Source: Euglena gracilis (lineage: Eukaryota). From it: a stretch of 64,000 nucleotides of DNA. The notes below the pieces were generated by a model, which saw only the letters and a list, made by a program, of their open reading frames with translations, was not told where the DNA came from and ran no database searches. Position 1 is the first letter of the stretch; the number at the start of each line of letters is the position of its first letter. Position numbers and translations under genes: made by a program. This document shows, one piece after another, positions 26,661 to 38,577 of the stretch. The stretch lies in contig CP154954.1 in NCBI GenBank assembly GCA_039621445.1, positions 48,029,847 to 48,093,846 on the forward strand, read 5' to 3'.

Positions 26661-29600
26661 TGTCATTGCCACAGATGCCCTAATGGAAAACGTGTCATTG
26701 CCACAGATGCCTTAATGGAAAACGTGTCATTGCCACAGATGCCCTCATTGAAAACTTGCCTAACCACAGATGCCTTAATGGAAAACGGCACCCCCCCCCC
26801 TTTTTCCGCAGCCTTCCCACTATGGCTAAACGCACGGCTAACTTTGTGAATGGTCTTTTGCCACCTCCCCCTAGGACGGAACTGTTCCTGGCTGCTCTCG
26901 CGGTATACCAGCAAGATGCCAAGAAGCCGAAGGTTGACCCTCTTCATGGCACCTTGCTGGCACAGGGCAACACAAAGAAAAAGTCCGGCTCCGTGGGAGC
27001 AGAGCTTGCTGCTGTTGCCAACCGTTTGGAGTGCGCCAAACTGTGTCAACATCGGCAAGCCTCTTATCCTGAGCTGGATGCTTTCTTTGTTGCCTGGACG
27101 GGATGGGAGCTGGAACCCAGCCTGTTGTTCGATGAGGCGAGCGTCATTGAACAATGTGTGGCTCAACGTGAGCAGCTGTCGGGAACTTTGTTCGTTTCAG
27201 GGACTCGTTCGGCAACCTCTTTTCAGACATACGTGAATGCCGTCGCTCGGGCATTCCGCAAAACAACGACCGATGCCCTCAAAGTATGGCTCTTTTTCGT
27301 GTAAAGTGTGTCGTGTTCCGTGATGTCTGCCACTCCGTGTTGTTGTGCTCCAAGGCAACCCAGCCTTCTGCCGTGTTGTAGAGTGGCCCCGACCCACCTC
27401 ACTCGTTGAGGACCACCCGGCCTCGCAACCGCCCGCCGATTTTTCATGACAGCGTTTTTTTGCTTTTTACTCAGGGTTGCCACAGATGCCCTAATGGAAA
27501 ACGTGCCTGACCATAGATGCCTTAATGGAAAACGTGTCATTGCCAAAGATGCCCTCATTGAAACCGTGTTTGGGCCGATTTCGAGACTTTGAAAGTCTTA
27601 AATCTTCGCCCAAAACACGGTTTCAAACAAGAACAGTGTTTTGGGCCAAGGTTTTAGGGGGGCCCAGGGGCGACCACGGCGCCTTCGGCGCCGCGGTCCC
27701 CGCCCCTAGGCTCCCCCTAACTCTTGGTCCAAACACAGTTCTTGACGCAGAAAACGTGCCTAACCACAGATGCCTTAATGGAAAACGTGTCATTGCCACA
27801 GATGCCCTCATTAAAACCTATTTTCTGGGCCCGACGCCTGTCTTGAAATTCTACTGACATTAAACGATTTCAGGCTGAAATTGTTTATGTCGGTCGATTT
27901 CCATTCAGGCGCCCGTTTATGAAAGTCGATTTCCATTCAGGCGCCCGTTTATGAAAATCGATTTCCATTCAGGCGCCCGTTTATGACAGTCGATTTCCAT
28001 TCAGGCGCCCGTTTATTGAAAGTCGATTTCCATTCCATTGAAATCTGTTGCTAGTCAGATTGGGAATTTTTAGTGATTTTTTGGACATTTTGTATTTCCA
28101 TTTTTTTCGACATTTTTGGTCCTATGGGGTTGTGGAGGAGTTATGGATCAGACAAAAACCAAATTTTGGGGCCAGGTGATCACAGCTGGCTGAACTTTGG
28201 ATGGAACAGACGGAAGGACGGTGCTTAAGATTATTATTTTCTGGATCTTCAGAAAAAGCATTCGGCATATTTGTCCTGAACCAGTTGTCATCACTGGTCA
28301 TCTAAAAGAAAAGCTTTCGGGTGAGGAGTTATTTGGCAATGTCAACCCTATTTTCTGCGCTCGACGCCTGTATTGCAATTATATTGACATCATCGGATTT
28401 CGGGCCAAGGCTGTGTTCATAGCAAAAGGCTGTGTTCATGGCTTTGGTCAAAATCTGTGTTTGTAATAAAACGCAGACTCTGGCCTGAGTCTCTGTTTCG
28501 AAACGCTGAGTCTGTTATTCGGCCTGAGTCTGCGTTTCGAAACGCAGACTCAGGTCAGAGTCTGCGTTTAAGAAGCAGTTCTTGATATAGAGATTGAAAA
28601 AAAGAAAAAAGCATTCCGAAAAAAAGAGACAAAATGTTGATCGACATTAACAGGTTTCAGGCTGAAACTGAAAATGTCCCAAAACGGAACAAAAAGGCAT
28701 TTCCAAGACATCGGAAACCGTTTAAGCCGGCGTTTGAGACGCCGGGCTCAGGACAGAACCGGCGTCCCCCCCCACGGGCTTCCGGACGCCGGTTCTGTCC
28801 TAAAGCCCGGGGTTAGGAACGCCGGCTTTGTCCAAAGCCCGGCGTCCGGTTTTCATTCCTAAAAATGTCACCAAAAGTGCCCAAAAGTGGCCCTAAGGTG
28901 CTGGTATGAGTGTTTCAACCATCAAGGACAATGAATTTTGCCATCTGGGGACCAGTGGGGTGGATATCCAAATTTGGTGAAAATTGGCCCAGATTTGGAA
29001 ATAGAGTACCGTGCAGCGTGGAAAGATCTGATGAGCACCGCTGGTCGTCTGTTGAAAAGAGCTTTCGATCGAGGGGTAACTTGGTACCCTAACGTTGCAC
29101 GCAGCCCGAGATACGCTCGCGATCGTCGGATCGGCCAGAATCTGAGTCGAAATTTGTCGCAATTTTCAGTGATTTTTGGTTTAAGATGCTTAATAAACCT
29201 TAGAGAAACGTTTTTCCTCTTCGAATCAACGACCTGAGGGCCTTGGAGGGGCACCAGAGTTGTGAAATTAGGATTCCCCACTGACAGAAAATAAGAGCTC
29301 CAGGCGACGTGGCTGAATTTGGTGGTGATCGCCAGTCGTCTGATGAAAAGAGCTTTCGATTGAGGGGTGAGTTTGTACTTGGACGATTGACACAGCCAGA
29401 AATACCCTCGCGATCGCCGGAATTTGGTGAAGTGCAAAGTGGTGTGACATTGCAGATCAGTGGTCGGAGATTGGTCCTGGGAGTGTCCTTTGGCCGAAGG
29501 GTGGGGACGCCGGTTCTGTCCTGAGCCCGGCGTCTCTAAAACGCCGGCTTAAACAAGAGGTCTCGGACGCCGGTTCTGTCCAAAGCCCGGCGTTCCAAAC

Positions 29601-30112
29601 GCCGGTTCCGTCCTTCGGACGGAACCGGCGTTTGGAACGCCGGGCTTTGGACAGAACCGGCGTCCGACACCTCTTTTTTGTAGTAATGTCAGTCAATTTC
29701 CATTCAGGCGCCCGTTTATGACAATCGATTTCCATTCAGGCGCCCGTTTATGAAAGTCGATTTCCATTCAGGCGCCCGTTTATGAAAGTCGATTTCCATT
29801 CAGGCGCCGTTTATGAAAGTCGATTTCCATTCAGGCGCCCGTTAATGGGCCAAAAACCACTTTTTTGACCATATTTTCGTCCAGGCGGTTCGGTCGAATG
29901 AATATCAAGACAAGCGTAGGGCCCAGACAAAATAGGTTTTAGAAAAATCGACCGACACTAACAGATTCAGCAGGGGCGCCGGGCGCGTCGCTTCGCTCGC
30001 TCGCGCCCGGCGCCCCTGCTGAATCTGTTAGTGTCGGTCGATTTTTGTATAGAAAACGTGTTCATGACCACGAATTTCAGGGCAGGCATTTGGCGGGCTG
30101 AACACGTTTTTT
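26661..30112 (+). mobile_element. Subfamily D, copy 3 (hairpin end missing), contains element C
   Basis: Gene fragment 26822-27272 (MAKRTANFVNGLLPPPP...) followed by PHD tail KYGSFSCKVCRVP*. Plain end GGCTGAACACGTTTTT at 30112. Confidence 0.8.
27813..30051 (-). mobile_element. Hairpin-ended element, subfamily C
   Basis: IR AAAACCTATTTTCTGGGCCC at 27813 and ~29905-29941. Perfect ~45 bp-stem hairpin 29943-30046 followed by GTATA. Removal restores the host repeat CTCATT^GAAAACGTG. 32-bp tandem repeats near both ends. Confidence 0.8.
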
Positions 30113-32904
30113 AAGAAAAAAGTAAAAAAATCAAAAAAAACAAAAGGAAAAATTCATTGAAAAAACTCGTTATGAAACTCCCAAACCATACTTTGAATCC
30201 TACTAAGTTCAAAAACTGCCAAAAATGGTCAAACATTCAAAAATGCAACAAAAATAGAATTTTATGACTTTTTTTCATTTTTGTGGAAGGAAGTTTTTGG
30301 CAGAAATTACCCAGAAGTTCAATGTGTTTCCATCCATTTTGAGTCAAATTTACCGAATCAAATTTTGAGGGGGGGGGGCTTAAATTTCCGAAAAGGGGGG
30401 GGGGGTAATGCGGTTGATTGGAGGTCGGCCTGACCTCCAATGGTCGATAAGCCACAGCCAACGGTCGGCCCGACCTAGGTCGGCCCGACCATGGTCGGTA
30501 CGACCTCCGGGATCGTCATAGCCAATCATCTGCACGGAGCCCCAGAAGTTGCCAAAAATCATTGAGAATGTGCATTCAAAATTTTTTTCATACAAACCCC
30601 AGTGGGCGTTTTTTTTGTTTTTGTTAAAAAAACAATGTTAGAATTAAAAAAAAACAAAAAAAACAACGGCAAAAAAAACAGGCCGGCCCACTATGAAGTG
30701 GCCCTCCGGGGTCCGGCCAAGGTCCGGCCGGAACATGGATAAAAATTTTTGCACCATGCCCCCCCCCCCAGTTACCCCCACCCCTCCTCAAAGTGACCCC
30801 CCTTAGAGTGGCCAAAATTTTTTTGGCAAATTTGGTAACCCCACCCTCAAAGTGGCCACTTTCTTTTGGCGCCGAAGGCACCGAGGCCCAAAAATTGACC
30901 CCCCCCCCAAAGTGTCCCCTCCCCCAGAGTGGCCGTTTTGGGTTCCCGTGGTGCCACTTTGAGGGGGGGGGTGAGGGTAGTCACCCCCCCCCTTATTGGT
31001 CACCTTTGGGCCCCAGGCAAAAACAATTTTTTCGAAGGGAAATATTTTTCTTTGAAAAAGGGCCGATTTGGGCCGTCAGAATTTTTTTGCTGGTTGCCAT
31101 CCATGAAAAGTGCCCTGGAATGCCCAAAAACAACCTTGAAACCCCCAAGACTTGGGGCAGGGGGCAAAAGTTGGGCATAAATTGCCCCCCCCCCCCCAAG
31201 TACCCCCCTGTTAGTCACCCTTGGCCAAATTCACCTCCCAAGGGGGTGACTAACTGGGGGGGGGGGGCACGGTAAGTTAAATGGTCATAAAACACCTGAT
31301 TTTTTCCGAAAAAAATTTGACCTGATGGGAAAAAGGGTGTAGATCACAAATTTCACACAAAAATTCCCCCCCAAAAATGGTGGGGGTGCTATCGAAATTT
31401 TGTTTTCCGACCCCCCCCCCTAAGTGACCCCCCCCAAGTGGCCCTCTGGGGCAGGGGTGTAGAAGTAATTTTTTCTCGGGGGGGCGAGATCCTTGACAAA
31501 TGCCTAATGTAACCATTGTTTTTTTTTTCGCCGCCCACAGGACGGCAAGACGGCAGTGCTTTTTTGAAAGATGGCATTGAATGTGACAAAAAAATGTGGT
31601 AATTTCTGTCATGGCACAATCCACCACAATTTCGACTTTCAAGCCGCTCAACGGGCAGCAAGAGACGATGATGCCTTTCGTGGGGGTGGTTTGGGGGGAA
31701 CACCACATTTTTGGTGGCAACATTAGGAATCACCGAGCTGGAATTTTGGGGGGAAAATTCACAAATTAGGAATCCCCACACCTGAAATTAGGATTTTGAC
31801 ACCAAATTATAATCACCAAGCCCAAATTTGAAAAATTTACGCCTCAAAATCAAGAATCTGCCTGAGAATTTTATCAAATTAGGAATCACCGGCCAAAATC
31901 TTTCCCCACAAAATTTCGTCAAAAAGGGTCCTTGTTCGAGGCACGGGGGGGAGGGGGTCACGGGGGAACACCCCTGTGTTTTGGGATTTCTATACACAAA
32001 TTGTGGCTGAGCCCAGATTTCAGCCTGAAAACGTGTTCAGCCAGGGGGCCCCCGAAGGGGGCCCCCTGAACACGTTTTCAGGCTGAAATCTGGGCTCAGC
32101 CACAATTTGTTTGAAAACGTGCCGAACCACAGTTGCCTTAATTGAAAACGTGTCATTGCCACAGATGCCCTCATTGAAAACGTGTCACCCCCACCTTTTT
32201 CCGCAGCCCTCCCACTATGGCGAAACGCACGGCTAACTTTTTTTATTTATCTGGTATTTGTCTTTTACCACCTCCCCCTAGGACGGAACTGTTCCTGGCT
32301 GCTCTCGCGGTATACCAGCAAGATGCCAAGAAGCCGAAGGTTGACCCTCTTCATGGCACCTTGCTGGCACAGGGCAACACAAAGAAAAAGTCCGGCTCCG
32401 TGGGAGCAGAGCTTGCTGCTGTTGCCAACTGTTTGGAGTGCGCCAAACTGTGTCAACATCGGCAAGCATCTTATCCTGAGCTGGATGCTTTCTTTGTTGC
32501 CTGGACGGGATGGGAGCTGGAACCCAGCCTGTTGTTCGATGAGGCGAGCGTCATTGAACAATGTGTGGCTCAACGTGAGCAGCTGTCGGGAACTTTGTTC
32601 GTTTCAGGGAATCGTTCGGCAACCTCTTTTCAGACATACGTGAATGCCGTCGCTCGGGCATTCCGCAAAACAACGACCGAGGGAGTGGTGTTGCCTTCCT
32701 CAGAGAGAAAATCAGGACCTGACCGATGTTCCGTCTGTGTTTCCCACCGCCGAGCAACGTTCCGCTCCTGCGGTCAGCAGCTCCGTTCCCTCCCGTGACC
32801 AACCCCCTGTCCCTCGTGCTGTGTCCCGACTGCCTATAAAACAGGAGAAATGTGGTTTTTGTGGTGTTCCCATTCCCAAAAATCCAAATTGTGTGGAGCT
32901 GAAC

Positions 32905-34330
32905 TATATAAAAATTGTGGGCATAACCCGTATTCAGGCCGTATAACGGGTCAAGGGCGCCGCAGGCGCCCTTGACCCGTTATACGGCCTGAATACGGGT
33001 TATAGCCCACAATTTTTCTGTAACCGTGAATAGAAAAGGCCCGGCGCCTGCCCTGTTTTTCGTGGGTGTGCTTCACGCCAGGTTTTTCGGGCATTTTTTT
33101 GTCATTTTTCACCCAAAAATCCTATTCACAAAAATATGCCCTGTTTTTCGTGAATATCTATTCACAAAAAACAGGGCATATTTTCGTGAATTGAAAATAT
33201 GCCCTGTTTTTTGTGAATAGAAACAGGTCTGTAGAAATGGTGTCCAAATGACCCGAATCATACCCACATGGCACCGCTGGTCCTGGAAAACGAGAAATGG
33301 GCGTTGGGCCAAGTAATTGGGGGGCACTTTGGGGGGGGGGACTGGGCGCCGAAGGCGCACGGTCCCCCCCCCCCCCACAATGCTTGGCCTGACGCCGATA
33401 TTCTCTTTAGAGCCTAACGGATCACAGAGGGTCGGTATTTTATCCACATTGCTTGTGTTGTTCCTCAGTCTGTTCTTGCAAAAATGGCGAAGAAAGCCGC
33501 AAACACCATGGACCGAATGTTGCCACAACCCACAAAACGGTGTATTGGGGCTCTGGCTTCACGCCCGAACCGGCGTCCAATGCTGGTCCATTGGATGCCG
33601 GTTCATTGGTCCATTTTGCGTCCAGGGGACCCAAAATGAAAAGTGCCAAAAAGTGTCCAAATGGGTTTTAGACATGTGGCAACCATATAATCATATCTGA
33701 GCAGTTTTTGGGGGTATTTGGTCAGAAATTGGGGGATTTTCTGTAACACTTTACATTTGGTCAAATTTGGCGAATTTCTGAAATGGAGTACCATGCAGCA
33801 CGGCTGAAATCTAAGGCCATCTGCTGAAAGCCCTCGAGAAGGGCTATCGATCAAGGGGCAACATGGCAGGTGAACAGTGGGTTTTGGAATTTGCGAAAAG
33901 GGTCGGAACATTGCGATTGGCAATTTTTAGGGCGCTGTGCAGTGTGGCTGAGTTCTGAGGGTACCAAACGAAAGCTCATGGGGAAAGCTTTCAATTGATA
34001 TGCTGTATGGCACCTCAGGTGTGGGATTTCACAAATTAGGATGTCAAAATTTGGAATACACGATCGCTGAAAATAAGCGCTGTGTGCAGTATTGCTGATT
34101 CCTGTGGCCATCTGTAAAAAGCCCTTGAGAAGAGCTTTCGATTGATGGGATTGACAGGTTTTTGGGTTTCATTTCAGTTAAAATTCCTATTCACGAAAAT
34201 ATGCCCTGTTTTTCGTGAATAGGTATTCACGAAAAACAGGGCACATTTTCGTGAATTGAAAATATGCCCTGTTTTTCGTGTTCACACCCACGAAAAACAG
34301 GGCAGGCGCCGGGCCTCTATTCACGGTTAC
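32905..34330 (+). mobile_element. Hairpin-ended element, subfamily B, copy 1
   Basis: TATATA, hairpin 32910-33017, IR GTAACCGTGAATAG. Gene start MAKKAANTMDRMLPQP at 33484. Exact removal restores the host PHD reading frame. Confidence 0.85.
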
Positions 34331-34629
34331 AAAGTTGTGTGTGACGCCTGCGGTTTGGCATATCATTTTCGTCGGGGGCACTCTACAACACGACAGAAGG
34401 CTAGGTTGCCTTGGAGCACAACGACACGGAGTGGCGGACATCACGGAACACGACACGCTTTACACAAAAAAGAGCCATACTTTGGTGGCCGCCGCAAATC
34501 TTGGCTCACTCGTTGAGGACCACCCGGCCTCGCAACCACCCGCCGATTTTTCATGACAGCGTTTTTTGCTTTTTACTCAGGGTTGCCACAGGTGCCCTAA
34601 TGGAAAACGTGCCTGAACACAGATGCCTT

Positions 34630-34721
34630 TATATCAAGAACTGCGTCTTAAACGCAGACTCTGACCTGAGTCTGCGTTTCGAAACGCAGACTCAGGCCGA
34701 ATCTCAGGCAGACTCAGCCTT
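34630..34721 (+). mobile_element. Miniature hairpin-end element, subfamily F (second fragment 28466-28589)
   Basis: TATATCAAGAACTGCG with palindrome centred on GCGTTTCGAAACGC. Removal restores GATGCCTT^AAT. Confidence 0.6.
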
Positions 34722-37700
34722 AATCGAAAACGTGTCATTGCCACAGATGCCCTCATTGAAAACGTGCCTAACCACAGATGCCTTAACGTGACCCCCCCCT
34801 ATTTGTCACCCCCCCCCTAATAGTCGCCCCCCCCCTTGGGGGGGGCGACAATTAGGGGGGGGGTTACCCATGGACCCATGGAAATGTGGGGTGAATTGAG
34901 TAACCCCCCCCCTAATTGTCACCCCCCCCTAATAGTCGCCAGGGGGGTCAAAACGGTCCCAGGGGGGTGCCATATAGGGGGGGTCACGTTAATTGAAAAC
35001 GTGTCTGCCACAGATGCCCTCATTGAAAACGTGTTCATGACCACGAATTTCAGGGCAGGCATTTGGCGGGCTGAACACGTTTTTAAACAGAGGGATTTCA
35101 AAAAGAGTGCAAAATATGGAAAAAGAGACAGTACCCGCCCCCCAAGGTTCGGCAAATTTCGAAATTTTGGGAATTTTTCATCTCAATTGAAAAATTCGAA
35201 AAATTCGAATTTTTCGAAAATTTCAAAAATCGCGGAACGCGAATCTGGGTACCACCCCCCCCCTTTATTTGAGCACACCCACGGGCCAACGGACCCCCCA
35301 AATGCTCAAATAAGGGGGGGGGGGTCAAATAAGGGGGGGGGGCCAAAAATTCCTTTAGAAAAAGGGCAAAAAAAAATTTCGGCGCCTTCGGCGCATATGA
35401 AAAAAAATTTTCCCCGGACCCAAATGCTCAATTAAGGGGGGGGGTCAAATAAAGGGGGGGGGTATTCCTAATTCATCAGAATTATTGGTGCTCAGTGGAA
35501 AAGACTTGCATTTTGTGGACTCTGCAGACAACTCTAAGATGCCAGCCGGATGCAGGAGCATATGGTGAATTTGCCAATTCTTTCAGTGAATGTACATTTT
35601 CGTTTGTATTACGGCCAACAACGTGTGTGTTTTCTGGTTCCTGTTGCTGTTCCTGTTTGCTTTTCAATGGCAAAGAACTGGCCAGTTTTGGGCCAGATGT
35701 GGTGGCCAGTTTTCGGCCACATGTGCTGGCCAGTTTTGGGCAGAAGTGCTGGCCAGTTTTGGGCCACATGATGGCCAGTTTCGGCTTCCAATTTTGTCTA
35801 GCTTCAATTCCCCCCCACCCCTGGTACGGGGTGGGGTGGCCTGGGGGGGGGGGCTTCTGCGGGTGGGGGGGTCTGGGGGAGGGGGTTGGTTTTTTGTCCA
35901 TTTTATCCAGGGTTTCTGGGAGTGGTTCACCCCCTCCTCCCCTCCCCAGTCCCCCCCCGCTCCCCCCCCCCCTCGCCCCCTCCCCACGGCCCTGCCCAGT
36001 GTCTTGCCCTGTCCGCCCTTCCGCAGTCGTCCTCCTCTTCTTCTACCAGCCTCCCTAACGCCCGAACCACGCAGCCCCGCGCACTCCGCGTCCGACTCCT
36101 ATTCCCCCTGGGCACCCCCACTCCCGGCCCGAGCGTATTCCTGCTCTCACCCGCACCCGTCCCCCCCCCCCCTTTTCCTTTTTTTTTTTTTCCTTATAAT
36201 TTTTGGGGGCTTCTGCAGGTGGGGTGGTCTGGGGGAGGGGGTTGGTTTTTTGTCCATTTTATCCCGAGGGTTCTGCGGAGTGGGGGTGGACTTTTGCAAC
36301 TGTGGGGCCATGACTGGGGGGGGGGGGCGGCAAAAAAAATCCCCCGTTGGAGTCACGAGCGGGATTTTCCGCAAAAGGCAGGCAAAATTTATCTGAAGTA
36401 CTTCTCGAGAAGGTGCTTTTTCTGTCTGCGAGTACCTTGGAAATGCCGTCACCGTGGGAAGGACTGTAGCCAGCGGAAGAAAAACAGGTCCCCCTTGCAG
36501 TGCTTCACCCTGCGGAAATTTTGGAAATTTTCCTCACAAAAAATTCGAATAATTCAACTTTGAAAAATTCGAATTATTCGAAACGGAAAAAAACGCCGAA
36601 CCTTGCCGCAGCTATTTTGCATGTAACAAAAAAAGCGTACTGCCATCCGAAGGGCGGCAGGACGGTAATGCATTTTCCCCAAAAGCTTCCCAAAAAAGTG
36701 CCAAATTTGCAGAACTGGTGTGCTGTTCAAATAATTGAATTTAGAGGCCAAGTCAAGATTCCTGTTGCCGCCCGAAGGAGATCAGGCAGTAGACTTTGGT
36801 CATTTTGACCCCCCTCCCCCCCCCTATGGTGAAGTTCACCGTTTGAAAGTTCACCGGGGGGTCCCGGACCCCCTCCCCCCCTCTGCCTAACCCATCGGTG
36901 AACTTCACCGGTGAAGTTCACCAAGAGAGCACTTTTTTGGCCAAAAATGGCCAAAAAATGGCATTTGGGCAAGTTTTCGGAAATTTCGATAAAATTCCAT
37001 GAAGCATCAACCTCAAAATGACCATTTTGAGAGGAAAGGAGCAAAATTTTACCCATGAAAATTTCACCCCCAACCATCAAAACGGTGAAGTTCACCGGTG
37101 AACTTCACCGGTGAACTTCGCCGCCGAAAGTCCCCCCCCCCCCCCCCCCATATTGTCCCACCGACCTCTCCCCAGGAGGCCCGCCGGGACAATATGGGGG
37201 GGGGGACAATATGGGGGTACCAAAGGAAATTTCATTGACCGAGCCAAAAAAACCCCTCGTCGGCCGGGCCGAGGGACAATATGGGGGGGGGGACAATATG
37301 GGGGGGGGGGTGGTAAGCCCCCCCCCCCTCCCCCCCCCCGGTGAATGTTCACCGGTGAACTTCACCGGGGGGGTCCACAGCCCCCCCCCACCCCTGCCTA
37401 ACCTCCGAAGGGCGGCGAGACGGTACCATGCCCCCCCCCCCCATATAAGACCCCCCCCCATATAAGACCCCCCCCTGGCCGGCCGAAGGCCGGCCCTTTG
37501 GCCGGGACCAACCCCCCCACCCCCCCCCATATAAGACCCCCCCCCTGGGATTTTGGCTCCCAAGGGGGGGTCTTATATGGGGGGGGGGCATGGTAGTGGT
37601 GATACTCACAAACAATAGCCCCAAATTGAAAAAAGGAAGATTTTCGCTCCCTCCGACCCATGAGTTTTGGACTTGTTTGGCCGCCCGAAGGGCGGCGAGA

Positions 37701-38018
37701 CGGTAGCGACCTCCAACGGTAATAACACCAAAAATTCAATGAAAGTTGAGTTTTTACTGTGAGAAATTGAAGATGCACAAATAATGTGGTGAGAAAATTG
37801 CACATGTTTCAAAAAAACTCTTTCTTTCCAAAAACTCGGGGGGGCAGCCGCCCCCCCCCCCCGACCCCCCGGGTCCTGGCCGGGACAAGAGGGGGGGGTC
37901 ATTTGGGGGGGGGTAAAAAAAACCTCCCCAAAATTGCCGTTTTGGGCCACAAAAGCGCGATGACATAGGCTAGGCGTGTTGGCGGCCAAAACAGCGAATG
38001 GGGGACGACAGAGGGCCT

Positions 38019-38190
38019 CAGGGCTGACGTTTTTTTGGTTTTAAAACAAAGCAAAAAAACTTTCATGAATAAAAAACGGTTTAAAAACGGTTTTTTGTTT
38101 CAAAAAAGAGTGTTTTTTTTAAATAAAACATTGCAAATAGGAAAAAAACTTGTTTAAAAACACTTGTTTTAAAACAATGCCTCAGCCCTG
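38019..38190. mobile_element. hAT MITE
   Basis: TIR CAGGGCTGA with perfect 8-bp TSD GAGGGCCT. Confidence 0.85.
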
Positions 38191-38577
38191 GAGGGCCTCT
38201 GTGCAGGGCGGGATTGAGGTTGAGGATTTCAAAAAAAGTTCAACCTCAATGTCAACGACCTCAACCTCAACCTCAACCTCAATGTTACCTCAATGCCCAA
38301 AATTCAAAAAAAAAGAACTCACAAAAAGCATGGATTGGACCATCTCCTCTTCTAAACCCTTCCTCAAAGGCAATTTTGACGCTTTTATGACAATTTACAA
38401 CATATGTGGGTGGAAACAAGAAAAAATAGTGGGGTGCCAGGGATGGAATTTAAACATCCCGGAAGAGTTTGATACGTTTAAAACGTTTTAAACTAGATTT
38501 AAACAGTTTAGAACGATTCAGATCGCGAAATGGACGTCATTCCTAACTCGTATGGCTGTTCTTATCCTTTTACAGCA

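Larger units (their letters stand above)
31991..35084 (+). mobile_element. Subfamily D, copy 2 with both ends; contains B1 and F
   Basis: TATAC then hairpin 31996-32110, gene fragment from 32217, PHD split by B1, plain IR ending 35084. Confidence 0.85.

Noticed and set aside
27894-28035. 32-bp repeat arrays (also 24061-24170, 26661-26790, 29690-29845) as CRISPR
   Set aside because: Head-to-tail with no spacers, no cas genes, eukaryotic context. They are subterminal transposon repeats.
38530-38577. ATG at 38530 as start of the retrotransposon ORF
   Set aside because: It lies upstream of the TSD, in host hAT sequence. The element is 5'-truncated.
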